A stretch of DNA of 64,000 nt, from the NCBI GenBank assembly GCA_964036045.1, contig OZ038378.1, forward strand, positions 166,098,001-166,162,000, written 5' to 3'. Within the stretch, counting starts at the first letter, position 1; every line of letters starts with the position of its first letter. Positions 11,955 to 23,870 of the stretch are shown one piece after another. A model generated the notes under the pieces. That model was not told the DNA's origin. It was given only the letters and a program-made list of their open reading frames with translations, and searched no databases. Source of the stretch: Eutreptiella sp. 'Long Island Sound 2002'. Taxonomy: Eukaryota > Protista > Euglenida. The position numbers and the translations under genes are program-made.

Positions 11955-14016
11955 GGCCGAGTGGAAGCACACGCACACCTCTCACACGACACCAGAGGGG
12001 CATGGGATGATGTGCCATTATTCGTCGGACAGAAGCACAACACGGGAACATGCAGGTGAACAGAAGTGGGACGCATGTAAGGGAGCAGACAACTGCAGCC
12101 CGATCTGTGCGGCTGTTCAATGTTGGGTGGTGGGGGGGCAGGTGCCATACAGGCTCTGTCTACGATGCGCATACGGAGGGGGATGGGTTTCCATTTAGGA
12201 CCAGCAGTCCCCTGCACCGGAACCTGAGAGGGGGAGGGGAGCGGTGTATGTGATCAGTGCAGCTGCATGCGCCAATAGCCGCCCCCCGCCCCCGCCTACA
12301 CACAGACGTCCTCACCCACTCCCTCGTGCAAAATGGGAAGGAATAATGATGGGGGGGAAATCCTTCAACAAAGGCCCTACCAGTACCCTCCCCGCTGCTC
12401 CCGGTGCAACGGTGCAGGACGTCCTGAAGTGGAACGACATGGGACGGAGCGAGGCGGGATGCAAAGCGTGTCGTATGAGGCAACCGCTCTTACCCCAGGG
12501 AGGTCAGGCGGGAGCCACGCGGAACCCGAAGGCAGAGAAGCACTGAGCAATGCGAAGCACATGTTGTGAACTGAGATGGCGATGACGGCCGTGCGAAGGC
12601 AGGCGTGGCTGGAGCAAAGTGGCGTGTCCACGCTTGACCTTTTAAGGCCCCTCTGCCCCCGCACACACACACGGCAACCCCCGTCCCCCACAGCCGCACT
12701 TCCTCAGTCTTTATGGCACCCCCCCCCCCCACACACACAGTGCGACCTGTGTACCCGCATATGGCTGATTCAGTGCGCCCCAGAAAGGGGCTGCGGCCCC
12801 AGCAGCCTGCATAGGTCACGGGGATTGTCTCCTTTAGCCTCCGTGGCAAAGTGGCAAAATGCAAAGCACCAACTTCGTCTCAAAATGGCACATCCACAGG
12901 TCTTCGAAAACCAAAAATGAAAAGATTTCGACGAATGATTTTCGATTGACTGCCACACGGCCGTTGGAGGTATCTCAGCAAATAAAGGTCACGTGGAACG
13001 AGGACTGAACGAAGATTTGGGGATCGGGAGGGGGGGGAGGGGACGGGGACTCATTTGTCAGTGTACTGGTTGACGTGCGCGATATATGTCATGCGCACAC
13101 ACATATGGGTAGAATGGGTTTGCGTTTGACCAACAGATTTTTGATGGCTGTTGGTGGTGATATTCCATGGCCCAGCTATGTTTTGTTGTGTTTTCATGAG
13201 TGCAGTGCATGCTTTGTGTGCCATTTGGTGTGTCATATGTGGAATGTCAGAGGACGATTTCACAGCAATGCGTGTTGGGCTCATAGTGAGGCGGTGCGCA
13301 TGTGGTTGTGGGACACGGGGTTTGTGGTTGATTGTCGAGCGGGGCGCTCTTACCCGTGCATTGCAGTGGGTAGGACATGCGCACGCAAACAATGCACCGC
13401 AGGACGTGGAGCATCAGGTACTGTGATGCTTCGATGCGCATGCCCCCAATACCTCCTGCTGCTGGGCTCGTTGTTGAGTCATGCCTGTGCACAACCAGCA
13501 GCACAGGAATTTATGGCGCACAACGTTGCGGTGTGGCGATCGGACCGGGTTGGGTGGGGGCTTCACCAGCATGCCGGCCTTGCTCCTGTGGCCCGTGATT
13601 GCATACTGTTTGGCCGCGTGGGCGTCTGCCCCGCCCCACACCCAATATGGTGGGCGGTGCGCAGTCTGCTTCAGTGGGCGCCGTGCGACGGACCAATGGC
13701 TTTTGGAGTGGTTTTGAGTGCTTTTGGTGCTTTTGCGTGCCGGGTCGTGGGTCGAGGGTGGAAGTGGCACTATCAAAACCCGAATTTCCCAAGCCAACCA
13801 GCAACAATGGCGCACTGGGGGACGTGTATGTTGTAATTCGTGTAATTTTTTTTCGCTGTAAATGCGCGTAACAAAAAAACCGTATAGTCGTGTAATTTTT
13901 TTTTTCCGCTGTAAGTCGTGTAAGCCGGCTTACACGACTTACAGCGAAAAAAAACAAATTACACGACCTGACGGTTTTTTTGTTACACGCATTTACAGCA
14001 GAAAAAAAAGGCGGCC

Positions 14017-16632
14017 TTGCCCACTTGTGGGCCACTTCTGATTTTGCCCCCCGCTCTGAAGCGGTGGGGCTCCCCGATACGGCAGGGGTGAGGTAGCCAA
14101 TTTGCCCGCTTGTGGGCCACTTCTGATTTTGCCCCCCGCTCTGAAGCGGTGGGGCTCCCCGATACGGCAGGGGTGAGGTAGCCAATTTGCCCACTTGTGG
14201 GCCACTTCTGATTTTGCCCCCCGCTCTGAAGCGGTGGGGATCCCCGATACGGCAGGGGTGAGGTAGCCAATTTGCCCACTTGTGGGCCACTTCTGATTTT
14301 GCCCCCCGCTCTGAAGCGGTGGGGCTCCCCGATACGGCAGGGGTGAGGTAGCCAATTTGCCCGCTTGTGGGCCACTTCTGATTTTGCCCCCCGCTCTGAA
14401 GCGGTGGGGCTCCCCGATACGGCAGGGGTGAGGTAGCCAATTTGCCCACTTGTGGGCCACTTCTGATTTTGCCCCCCGCTCTGAAGCGGTGGGGATCCCC
14501 GATACGGCAGGGGTGAGGTAGCCAATTTGCCCACTTGTGGGCCACTTCTGATTTTGCCCCCCGCTCTGAAGCGGTGGGGCTCCCCGATACGGCAGGGGTG
14601 AGGTAGCCAATTTGCCCACTTGTGGGCCACTTCTGATTCTGCCCCGCGCTCTGAAGCGGTGGGGATCCCCGATACGGCAGGGGTGAGGTAGCCAATTTGC
14701 CCACTTGTGGGCCACTTCTGATTTTGCCCCCCGCTCTGAAGCGGTGGGGATCCCCGATACGGCAGGGGTGAGGTAGCCAATTTACCCGCTTGTGGGCCAC
14801 TTTTGATTCTGCCCTCCGCTCTGAAGCGGTGGGGCCAGGGTTTTGCTTAATGTCCGTCCTACCCTACCCTGGGGGGGGGGTGGGTGGGTGGGTCTGGCAG
14901 AATTTCAGGGTGGGTGGGTGTCCAACCACCCCCCCCCCCCCCCCGGGGTAGGGTGGGACTTTGTGGGGGCCTTGGGTCTATTGAGCCAGTGCCACTTCTT
15001 TCTTTCTTCTGTTGCAGGTTCCGTGTAACATGGGCTAGGATTGTTTGTGCTTTGTGCCGGATGCGGAGGGGGTAACGCTAGAACCCCACAGTTCCTGTGT
15101 CTGCCCCACGCCCATAAAGGGGCTAGGATGGGTGGGTGGGTGGGTGGGTGTCAGCCCCCCCCCCCCCTGGGGGGGGCGGGACATTTGTCGGTCTGTGGGT
15201 ATGCCAAAATTCTGGGTGGGTGGGTCCCTGAATTAACCCCCCCCCCCCCCCCTAGGGTGGCTAAGCAAAACCCTGGGTGGGGCTCCCCGATACGGCAGGG
15301 GTGAGGTAGCCAATTTGCCCGCTTGTGGGCCACTTCTGATTTTGCCCCCCGCTGTGAAGCGGTGGGGCTCCCCGATACGGCAGGGGTGAGGTAGCCAATT
15401 TACCCGCTTGTGGGCCACTTCTGATTTTGCCCCCCGCTCTGAAGCGTTGGGGCTCCCCGATACGGCAGGGGTGAGGTAGCCAATTTGCCCACTTGTGGGC
15501 CACTTCTGATTTTGCCCCCCGCTGTGAAGCGGTGGGGCTCCCCGATACGGCAGGGGTGAGGTAGCCAATTTGCCCGCTTGTGGGCCACTTCTGATTTTGC
15601 CCCCCGCTCTGAAGCGGTGGGGCTCCCCGATACGGCAGGGGTGAGGTAGCCAATTTGCCCACTTGTGGGCCACTTCTGATTTTGCCCCCCGCTCTGAAGC
15701 GGTGGGGATCCCCGATACGGCAGGGGTGAGGTAGCCAATTTGCCCACTTGTGGGCCACTTCTGATTTTGCCCCCCGCTCTGAAGCGGTGGGGCTCCCCGA
15801 TACGGCAGGGGTGAGGTAGCCAATTTACCCGCTTGTGGGCCACTTCTGATTTTGCCCCCCGCTCTGAAGCGGTGGGGATCCCCGATACGGCAGGGGTGAG
15901 GTAGCCAATTTACCCGCTTGTGGGCCACTTCTGATTTTGCCCCCCGCTCTGAAGCGTTGGGGCTCCCCGATACGGCAGGGGTGAGGTAGCCAATTTGCCC
16001 ACTTGTGGGCCACTTCTGATTTTGCCCCCCGCTGTGAAGCGGTGGGGCTCCCTGATACGGCAGGGGTGAGGTAGCCAATTTGCCCGCTTGTGGGCCACTT
16101 CTGATTTTGCCCCCCGCTCTGAAGCGGTGGGGCTCCCCGATACGGCAGGGGTGAGGTAGCCAATTTGCCCACTTGTGGGCCACTTCTGATTTTGCCCCCC
16201 GCTCTGAAGCGGTGGGGATCCCCGATACGGCAGGGGTGAGGTAGCCAATTTGCCCACTTGTGGGCCACTTCTGATTTTGCCCCCCGCTCTGAAGCGGTGG
16301 GGCTCCCCGATACGGCAGGGGTGAGGTAGCCAATTTACCCGCTTGTGGGCCACTTCTGATTTTGCCCCCCGCTCTGAAGCGGTGGGGATCCCCGATACGG
16401 CAGGGGTGAGGTAGCCAATTTGCTCACTTGTGGGCCACTTCTGATTTTGCCCCCCGCTCTGAAGCTGTGGGGATCCCCGATACGGCAGGGGTGAGGTAGC
16501 CAATTTGCTCACTTGTGGGCCACTTCTGATTTTGCCCCCCGCTCTGCAGCGGTGGGGCTCCCCGATACGGCAGGGGTGAGGTAGCCATTTCGCCCACTTG
16601 TGGGCCACTTCTGATTCTGCCCCTCGCTCTGA
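14017..16632. repeat. 85-bp tandem satellite (about 26 units), interrupted at 14836-15275
   Basis: Unit gccacttctgattttgccccccgctctgaagcggtggggctccccgatacggcaggggtgaggtagccaatttgcccacttgtgg; period 14031 to 14116; few variants. Confidence 0.97.
14836..15275. mobile_element. hAT-type MITE (440 bp) inserted in the satellite
   Basis: Perfect 14-bp TIR cagggttttgctta / taagcaaaaccctg; perfect 8-bp TSD ggtggggc (14828-14835, 15276-15283). Confidence 0.9.
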
Positions 16633-17053
16633 ATTTTGTCCCCTTTTGTTTTTGCCCTTCGTGTATGCAACATTGTCCTTCAAGCAATGCTCTGCGAATG
16701 GCACCGGGGCATACACGAAGAAATCGGCCACAATGAGTTCCGTGGGCACGGATGATACCCTATGAATACACATGCAATGTACTATTGCTTGGCTGTTTGG
16801 GACTCTCTACCCATGATCTGACGAAGGAGCTTATTCGTCATTCAACGGTGAAGAGCCACAAACCCATGATATGGTGCAATGCATGTGGGGGACCGACAAT
16901 GAAAGTGCATTTCCTATTTTCGGCTGCTATGCCACTTGGACATTCTCTGGATTACCTTCAGCCTCCGGCTTGGCTGTCCCCCCTCTTTTGTGTGTGACAT
17001 TTCCTCTTTGCTAGTGTGTAATATGTGCATGTGCACAATGGGCTGCCACATCA

Positions 17054-17330
17054 TGTTTCCATCATGAATTCCCCTCATGTAAGTGCACCTTACGATCCGT
17101 TTCTATTTTTTTCGTTTTTCTGGTGCACATATCGTGGGACGTTGATAACCCAAGGACCGTTCCTTTTGTTTTGTGTTGTACGTACGTAGGTCCTGTTTCC
17201 ATCATGAATTCCCCTCATGTAAGTGCACTTTCCGATCTGTTTCTATTTTTTCCGTCTTTTGGTGCACATACCGTGGGGCTTGGATAACCGAAAGGACCGT
17301 TGCTTTTGTTTTCTGTTGTATGTATGTAGT
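17054..17330. repeat. Two diverged direct repeats of about 140 bp upstream of the MULE ORF
   Basis: tgtttccatcatgaattcccctcatgtaagtgcac... at 17054 and 17194. Confidence 0.85.
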
Positions 17331-18005
17331 TCGGAAGCTCACCTGGGCAACCCCTTGTGCATGCGTGCTAGTGGGGGGTGGCCGTGACACGGTGTTGGCC
17401 GCCCCCCGCATCATACCCCCAAGGGGGGTATGGGTGGCAATTTTTCCAACGAGACAAATTTTGGGTCCGAGTGTGAGGCCGCACCACCCGCCACCCGGTA
17501 ACACAGCAGAACATTCTTTTTGGCTGAGCTGTGGCTAATACGTCTCCATTGCAAACCAACAATGTCACTTCGGGGGTTAAGCTTGTGCGTTGAATGTGTG
17601 GTGTAAGCGGGGAGAGGTGCTTGTAGCCTGGCGTTGTATGGTCCAAGGCCACCACCTCAAGTTGCTATGGCCATACGTACGCACTTGCCAACACCCCCAA
17701 CCGGCAGTTGTGTGCAACTTCAATATTCCAGCCGGAGAGGGGGAAAAAGAAAAAACTGATGACCGGGGACGCCTGGGGCTCCTCATCTATGTGGAGTCGC
17801 GATGCCCAACCCCCTTGTAAAGCGGGCTAAGCGAAATACCACTCCAGAAAGTCTATATATACATCGGGGTAACGTGCCCTTTTGCATGTGACAGATGCAA
17901 AGCCCAATAGAGCTTGTAGTCTTCCTACAGGCGTATCTTTTTTCGACCCTTAGATTGTCCAGTGGGCTGTCCCGTCCTGTCTTTGTCGTGCCCTCTTATT
18001 TCGCC

Positions 18006-21000
18006 ATGCAAGCCTTGCAAAAGTGGATCGATGACAATGTCGATGTCACTGCGGACCATTGCGACGTGGTCCAATCAAAACCACTGCTGGATGCAATGCG
18101 CAATGCAGTCCCCGGGCTGAAGAGTGCACATTATGGCAACCATTTACGCACCATCGGTGCTGTTCGCGATCAAATGCATATCCCAGGTACAGGTACTGTG
18201 GGTATATATCGCGAAATCGTGTGGAAGACACAACCCGTGGATAACACGGGCAACAACAAAAGAGCAGAAATGGAGGCTTGGCTTGACAAGTTTTTTTATT
18301 GTACCGGGTCAACCACGAAGTGGGTGAAAAAAAAGCCTACCTTGGACCATGCTTTGCAGCACTTCCGTGCCCCAAAAAGAGACATTAGTCTCTTTTTGGA
18401 ACGCCAAGGCTTCAAAAAGGGTACGGAGGGAGGTGCCCAAGTTTACTATGGGTTGACTTTCAAGCCACCGCAGGGGACTGCAGAAACGTCCTCGGCGGAG
18501 GAAGACGCGCCCGATACCCCAACGCCTACCCTTGCAGGTCGGCACACCACACTCTCGGAAGCCATGGCGTCTTGGCGCGAAAAGGGCTTTCGTCGCCGAC
18601 ATGCGTCGTCCAAGACGCATGTCGTGTTGTGGTGTGCCACAAACCCGGCAAAGCCGGGAAGTGACCATGTGCCGAAGTGCCCTGCCACGGTACATGTGCG
18701 GTATGTGGAGTCCACGTCTCCTGATGACGTTCCTTTTTGGCAGTCAACGCAGGGGGACACACATGGTGATGCATGTTGCTACCACAACTGGGACGGCAAG
18801 GTGCCAAGTTTCGGCAACTGGTTGGGTGATGGTGTAAGGGAAATCATTCTGGAGGCATACTTTAAAACGAATTTGAGGGTTCAGCAGATTGTTCAGCAGC
18901 TGCATGGCAAGAATCGCTGCATTGAACATTACCCGGAGCGTTTATCTAGGATGATATCCAATTTCATTGCTAACGTGCGCCGCAAGCAGCATGGCACTGG
19001 CTCGAAAGTGACACGAGCGCAGTTGCACAGCATCCTTTCCAGTTTCCCTCGTGAGTCGAGTGATGATGACACACTCATATTGCTTGGTCACACATACCAA
19101 ACACCAAAAAAGATGTGCATGGTGTTCAGCACATTGCGATGGCTACGCAATGCCCGGTTGCAAGCAATTGAGGCAGAGCGTTGTGGCCTAGCTGTTTGGT
19201 TGGCAATTGATGGGACAGGCGAAACCATTTGCGAGAAGAATCGCATTCTGTTGATGTGCACCCTGACGGCGTCGCACAAGGTGGCTATATTGGGCATCGC
19301 AGTAGCCGGGTCAGAAAATAAGTTCTCTGTCCGCTACTTTTGTAAAACCATGCGAAGAAAAGTGGAGGCATTGTTCCCTGGCTGGAAATGGCTTGTCCAA
19401 TATGTTATAAGTGACGGTGCACCTGCAATGGGGGGTTCTGCTCACAAAGTGTGGCGTACCCTGGTAGCATGGTTGCAATGTGTGTACCACGTCTTCCGAA
19501 ACTTCAAAAGAGCTCTGTCCCAGAGCCTACCCGGGGCTGCTTTCAAGAAGGAGCGTCTTGCACTGTATCAATGCCTCCAGACAATACGGTGTAGTTGGTC
19601 TCCCAAGGTTAAGAATGCCGGGTGGAATGCCTTGACCAACCGTCCTTCTACCCGTCCAGAACACTTGGCACATATCAAGGAGCAATATGTGGACCAGCGG
19701 TCGAACTGGGCAGTTGGTGACTCTCCTGCCGGCATTCTTGCGGCCACCCCTTCTGAGCCGCATGCACATATGCTGAAGGTGGTCACCGACCATCGAAGGT
19801 CCACGTTGGTGGAATTCTTGCAAGTCACATTGCCAAAGATTGCCAAGCAATGGACTAGCCGCCCCTTTGCCTTTTCTGGACGTGCCCCACAACCCGAGCC
19901 GTGGATGTGGCAAGAGAGCCAAGCACTGCAGATGGCAGGCTCATTTTTCAACGATGGCGACGCCCTTTTTTTTTTACCAAGGAGATTCCTCAAAAAAACG
20001 AGGCTTGAACGGACAACCCATTAAGGAGTATTGACCCATTGATGGTGCTGCCGTGGCCGAATGGAAAGCCACGTTGCGTAAGATAGAGGAAGGGACCTCA
20101 ATTACGTGGGAGGTGTTTGTAGCCTTTCTCCGCATCCACCGCGTGACAGCAGATAGTTGTACTTGTGCAAACTATTGCACGTTCGCGATGTGTGAGGGTG
20201 TGTTGCTGTGGCTCCTCGTAAAAGAACCGAATTTTAAGGTACCCTCTCAATACTCTTGGGAGATTGTTGCCCAACGCCCTTTTAAGTTGGGCCGCATTGA
20301 GCGCAAGGTGACTGCACGTGCGGAGCCATCAACAAAGGTTCGCACCCGCCAGTCCGAAAAACTTGCATCCCAAAAGAAAAAGGCAATTGCAAAACGCCGC
20401 AGGAAGGTGGTGGCCGGTAGCGATACCAATAGCGACGCTAATGTCTCCACGCTTGCTCTGAACGCACCCAGTGCTGATGAGTCTACGTCTACTACCGTTG
20501 CTGCACCCATGGAGGTGCATCGGAGAACTTGGCATTGCCTTAATCTCTTTCGGCCACCTTATGTGTGTGGCCAATGTCACAAGACCGTGTACCTGTGGTG
20601 CATGCATTGTGAGGGGTGTGGCTTTTGCCTACACACTTTGGAGTGTCCAGTTCGTGGAAGGGCCCACCCCAGCACGGACAAGTGGCTCTTTCAAAAGTGG
20701 TGTCAGGAGGTAGACGTTGAGGAGGTTTTGACCGCCACCCTCCCCAACGAGCCCGTGTCCAGTGACGAGGAGTTGGACGTCCTTTCTAATCCTCTATTGG
20801 CTTCTCCCCCAGGTAAGGAGGTGAAGAAAAAAGAGGTCCAGTCATCTGATTCAGAGGTGGACCTCTTTGCGCCTCCCCCTACGGCCCCTGTGCCAAAGAA
20901 GAAGGCGAAGGGAAAAAAGGTCTTGCCCAAGGCACCCCCTATCGACCCTCCCAATCCCCAAAGGCGTACTCGGAGCACCATTCCGAGCGAAACAACCCCT

Positions 21001-21989
21001 TTGGGGGTGGGAGATTGGTTGACCGACAAGGATATCCTGTGTTGGTTGAACCAAGAGGTCTGCCACAATGAAATCGATGAACCACGTGCGTGGACTCTCG
21101 CGGTTCCATATATCAAGAGACTCTCCAAGTACATGCAGAGAGTTGAATCCGGCGAAAGAATGACCAACATGACGTGGTGCCGCCGCCACATTTTTGTGGT
21201 TAATTCCAATGACAAGGAAGGGTTGCACTGGTTTGTGTGTGCCTTCGATTGTCGTGTCCGGTTGGTTTCACTATTTGGGTTTGGGAACCCCTAAGCTCCA
21301 CTCATTTGATCCGTGCTTTCTTGTCGGCCTTGAAGAAGCTTTCGCGAACCACCAAGCACCGCGCCTTGGGATTCCAAACGGACGGTTGGTCTTGTGGTTT
21401 TCAAAGCTTGAACATCGCAAAGCAGGTGGTGGAGCACCGGGGTACTTTTTCCAATGTGCCCCTTGTCCCAATGGGTGCCGGTTTTGTGGACTATGTGCTC
21501 AGCATTGTTAATGCTGATCGTGCTGTGCGGGTCGCTCAAGCGCCCGGTGATGATGTGGAGGGCGTGACCGAGCTTTCTGGCCCTCCTGAGTCCCCCCCCA
21601 GCACCCAAGTTGAAGGTGCACTTTCGGCTAAGGAGGACAGTGTTCAGGCCACCCCCACCCCACTCGAAGGCAAGGAGGCCTCCGCCGAGCAGAGCGTGGA
21701 AAGCCCGGAGGCCAGGCCGCAACCTTCCGTGGACACTCCCACCGAGGAGGAGGACACCCGTCCCAAGGTCCTCATCCGTGGAGAGTGGCGCAAGGTGCCG
21801 GATGGCTACCCAGCAGATGCATCTGGCCAGCTGGAGCGTGACCAGCTTTTCATTGATGACCTGTGCAAGCAGCTAGTGGCAGAGTTGCGCGCCGCTTGTC
21901 AGCTTAACGCCAATCCTGGTGCAAAGCCCAAGTCCAGCGACACAAAAACGGACTTGATCTACAAGCGTGCATTCTGCAACTACTTGTAG
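18006..21989 (+). pseudogene. MULE transposase-Ulp1 fusion pseudogene (tandem wHTH, WRKY/GCM1-like finger, DDE, SWIM, Cys-rich finger, Ulp1/C48 protease, SAP-like)
   Basis: DDE core: AIDGT, ISDGAP, CVYH, ATPSEPHAH. SWIM-like CTCANYCTFAMCEG. Ulp1 motifs GLHWFVC, WEPL, FQTDGWSCG. Lesions: frameshift in the poly-T near 19970, TGA at 20032-20034, frameshift near 21260. Confidence 0.88.
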
Positions 21990-23234
21990 CGGGTGCATGT
22001 TTTGTGGGCTGTATTTTCCTCCGCCGTTTGGTGTACCAATGGTGGAGCGTATAAGATTGCTATAATCTTGGCCCCATGCCAGTGCCTTGGTGGCCTATAA
22101 TGGTGGCAGTAGCGTTGGCCATGGCCCTGTCGGGACTCTTTTTCTTGAGCTTGATTTTGTTCCCAGTGCAGGCACACTGGATGTTGGCCATGGCCCTGTC
22201 AGGACTCTTCTCTTGGGCCTGATTTTGAGTCTAGTGCCAATGACAACATGTGAAACTATGTTATATTGGCCGAGTCCCAACTAATTGGTGGCCACGCAGA
22301 GTACTATGTGCTTTGTGGACTCGGCGTCCCATCGTTAAGGTCGCTATGGGGTGCCGTACGGAACCGGCAGCTGTACATATTGCGCATGTATTGCAAAGGT
22401 TGGATTTCTTTCAATTTTTCAATTTTTTTAATAATTTACACGACTTACAGCAAAAAAAAAAAATTACACGACTTACCGCAAAAATTAAAAAATTCAATTT
22501 TTTTTTATAATTCACACGACTTACAGCAAAAAAAAAAAATTACACGCATTTACAGCAAGAAAAAAAATTACACGACTATACGGTTTTTTTGTACACGACT
22601 TACATTTTTCACCTGGGAGACCTCAGCCAGGCACGGGCACTGCCCAGTCCCCATGCGTCGGCCATCTTCATAGGCCTGAGTTGGGCAAGTGGGAATCCTA
22701 TCACTGACCAGCACCCATACCTGAGTGTCAAGAGGCCCGTCAACAACATGGACGCTGCACGAGATGGTTGACACATTATTACATTCTTGTGGCCGCAACC
22801 TGTGTGCCACAGCATTGTGTGGCAGCTCAGCAGGGGGTCCAGTCAAAACCCCGTGTTGATATCTCAGGAGTAAGAAAGGTGGCCTGACTCGAAACTAGGA
22901 GCAAAATAGGCAGCAAAGCCTGCTCCTCTCCATCATCATCCAGCCCTCAACCTGTGCCTGAGATGTGCGCTGGGCATGTTCAGGAATCTAGAGAGAGTGG
23001 TTTGGTCTTGTAAGAAGAAGTGGCACACAGAGCCCATGATCAGGGCACATGCAAAACAATGGGCAGCTGTCTACTGAGTGTTTGTCGGTGTATGTCCACG
23101 TGACCGATTCTTGTTGTATACCACGGGTATGCTCCCAGAAAGTTGCGGTTTACACACTCCACTAGATTTAGAACCAGATGAGGTCATTGCTTGTAGACAA
23201 CGTGGCTTTGGATATCATGGTACAAAAGGTGCAA

Positions 23235-23870
23235 CAATACATGCAGTTGCACAATGCATATGTGTAGACGAGGTCAGACGTTGTGTCCTCTAGCTTAGGC
23301 TGGGCAGTTGGATCGGGGTTGTACCCGCAAGCAAAATAAAAATGCTGTTGGAGCTTGTCCATCAAATCCTCAAGAAACTCTTGGTCAGGTTGCAAAGCTT
23401 CTTGGATGAATCCTTTCAACAACATCCCCCAAGCTTCCCCAATGGGCAACCAACTCCTTGCATAGGTGGAAAGATTGATTGCCACATGACCAACCATTTT
23501 TTTGAGAGCCCAAGGCCCAAAGATGGTTTGTAACCCTTTTTGTCTCAATTGTTTCATCATTTTTGGACCAAAGTCCCACCCAATGGCTCCCAAATCCACC
23601 CTTTTGACACCCATACTGGCACAAGGCTATTCATGGCACAGGGAGAAACCAATGGAGCCGATCACAATCATCACCATTGGCAGGAAATGTGTGGCATGCT
23701 GAAAAGCCAAAGCACCAAGAGTTGCCGCGTTGCGTTCATATGTCCTCCTTTTGCAGAGGTGGGGCAGAATGTATGTCACCGCCATTGTCCATGCACATGG
23801 GTTACAACTTCACTATGACACAGCTTGTCAATATGCTAGGCAATGATATCCTGATCATTCAACCACCTTG
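23235..23870 (-). pseudogene. Second, diverged Ulp1 + C-terminal module of a related MULE
   Basis: Minus-strand pieces WLNDQDII..LCHSEV, NGDDCDRLHWF, ALGSQKNGWSCGNQSFHLCKELVAH and DQEFLEDL...TTSDLVYTYALCNC are collinear with WLTDKDIL..VCHNEI, SNDKEGLHWF, ALGFQTDGWSCGFQSLNIAKQVVEH and DQLFIDDL...TKTDLIYKRAFCNY of the + strand element. Multiple stops and frameshifts. Confidence 0.8.

Larger units (their letters stand above)
13824..22612 (+). mobile_element. Mutator-like (MULE) DNA transposon, full length, decayed
   Basis: 9-bp TSD ctgggggac (13815-13823) / ctgggagac (22613-22621). Termini gtgtatgttgtaattcgtgta versus reverse complement gtgaaaaatgtaagtcgtgta. Subterminal ttacacgac(ttacagc) modules are inverted at the two ends. 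Internal MULE transposase. Confidence 0.85.

Noticed and set aside
14017-16632. CRISPR-like array (also considered for 42855-43265 and 58300-61345)
   Set aside because: No unique spacers, no cas genes, eukaryotic context.
13511-16773. Long repetitive minus-strand ORFs (up to 429 aa)
   Set aside because: They are read-through of the GC-rich 85-bp satellite, which lacks stops on that strand; lack of stops in an 85-nt GC-rich unit is plausible by chance.
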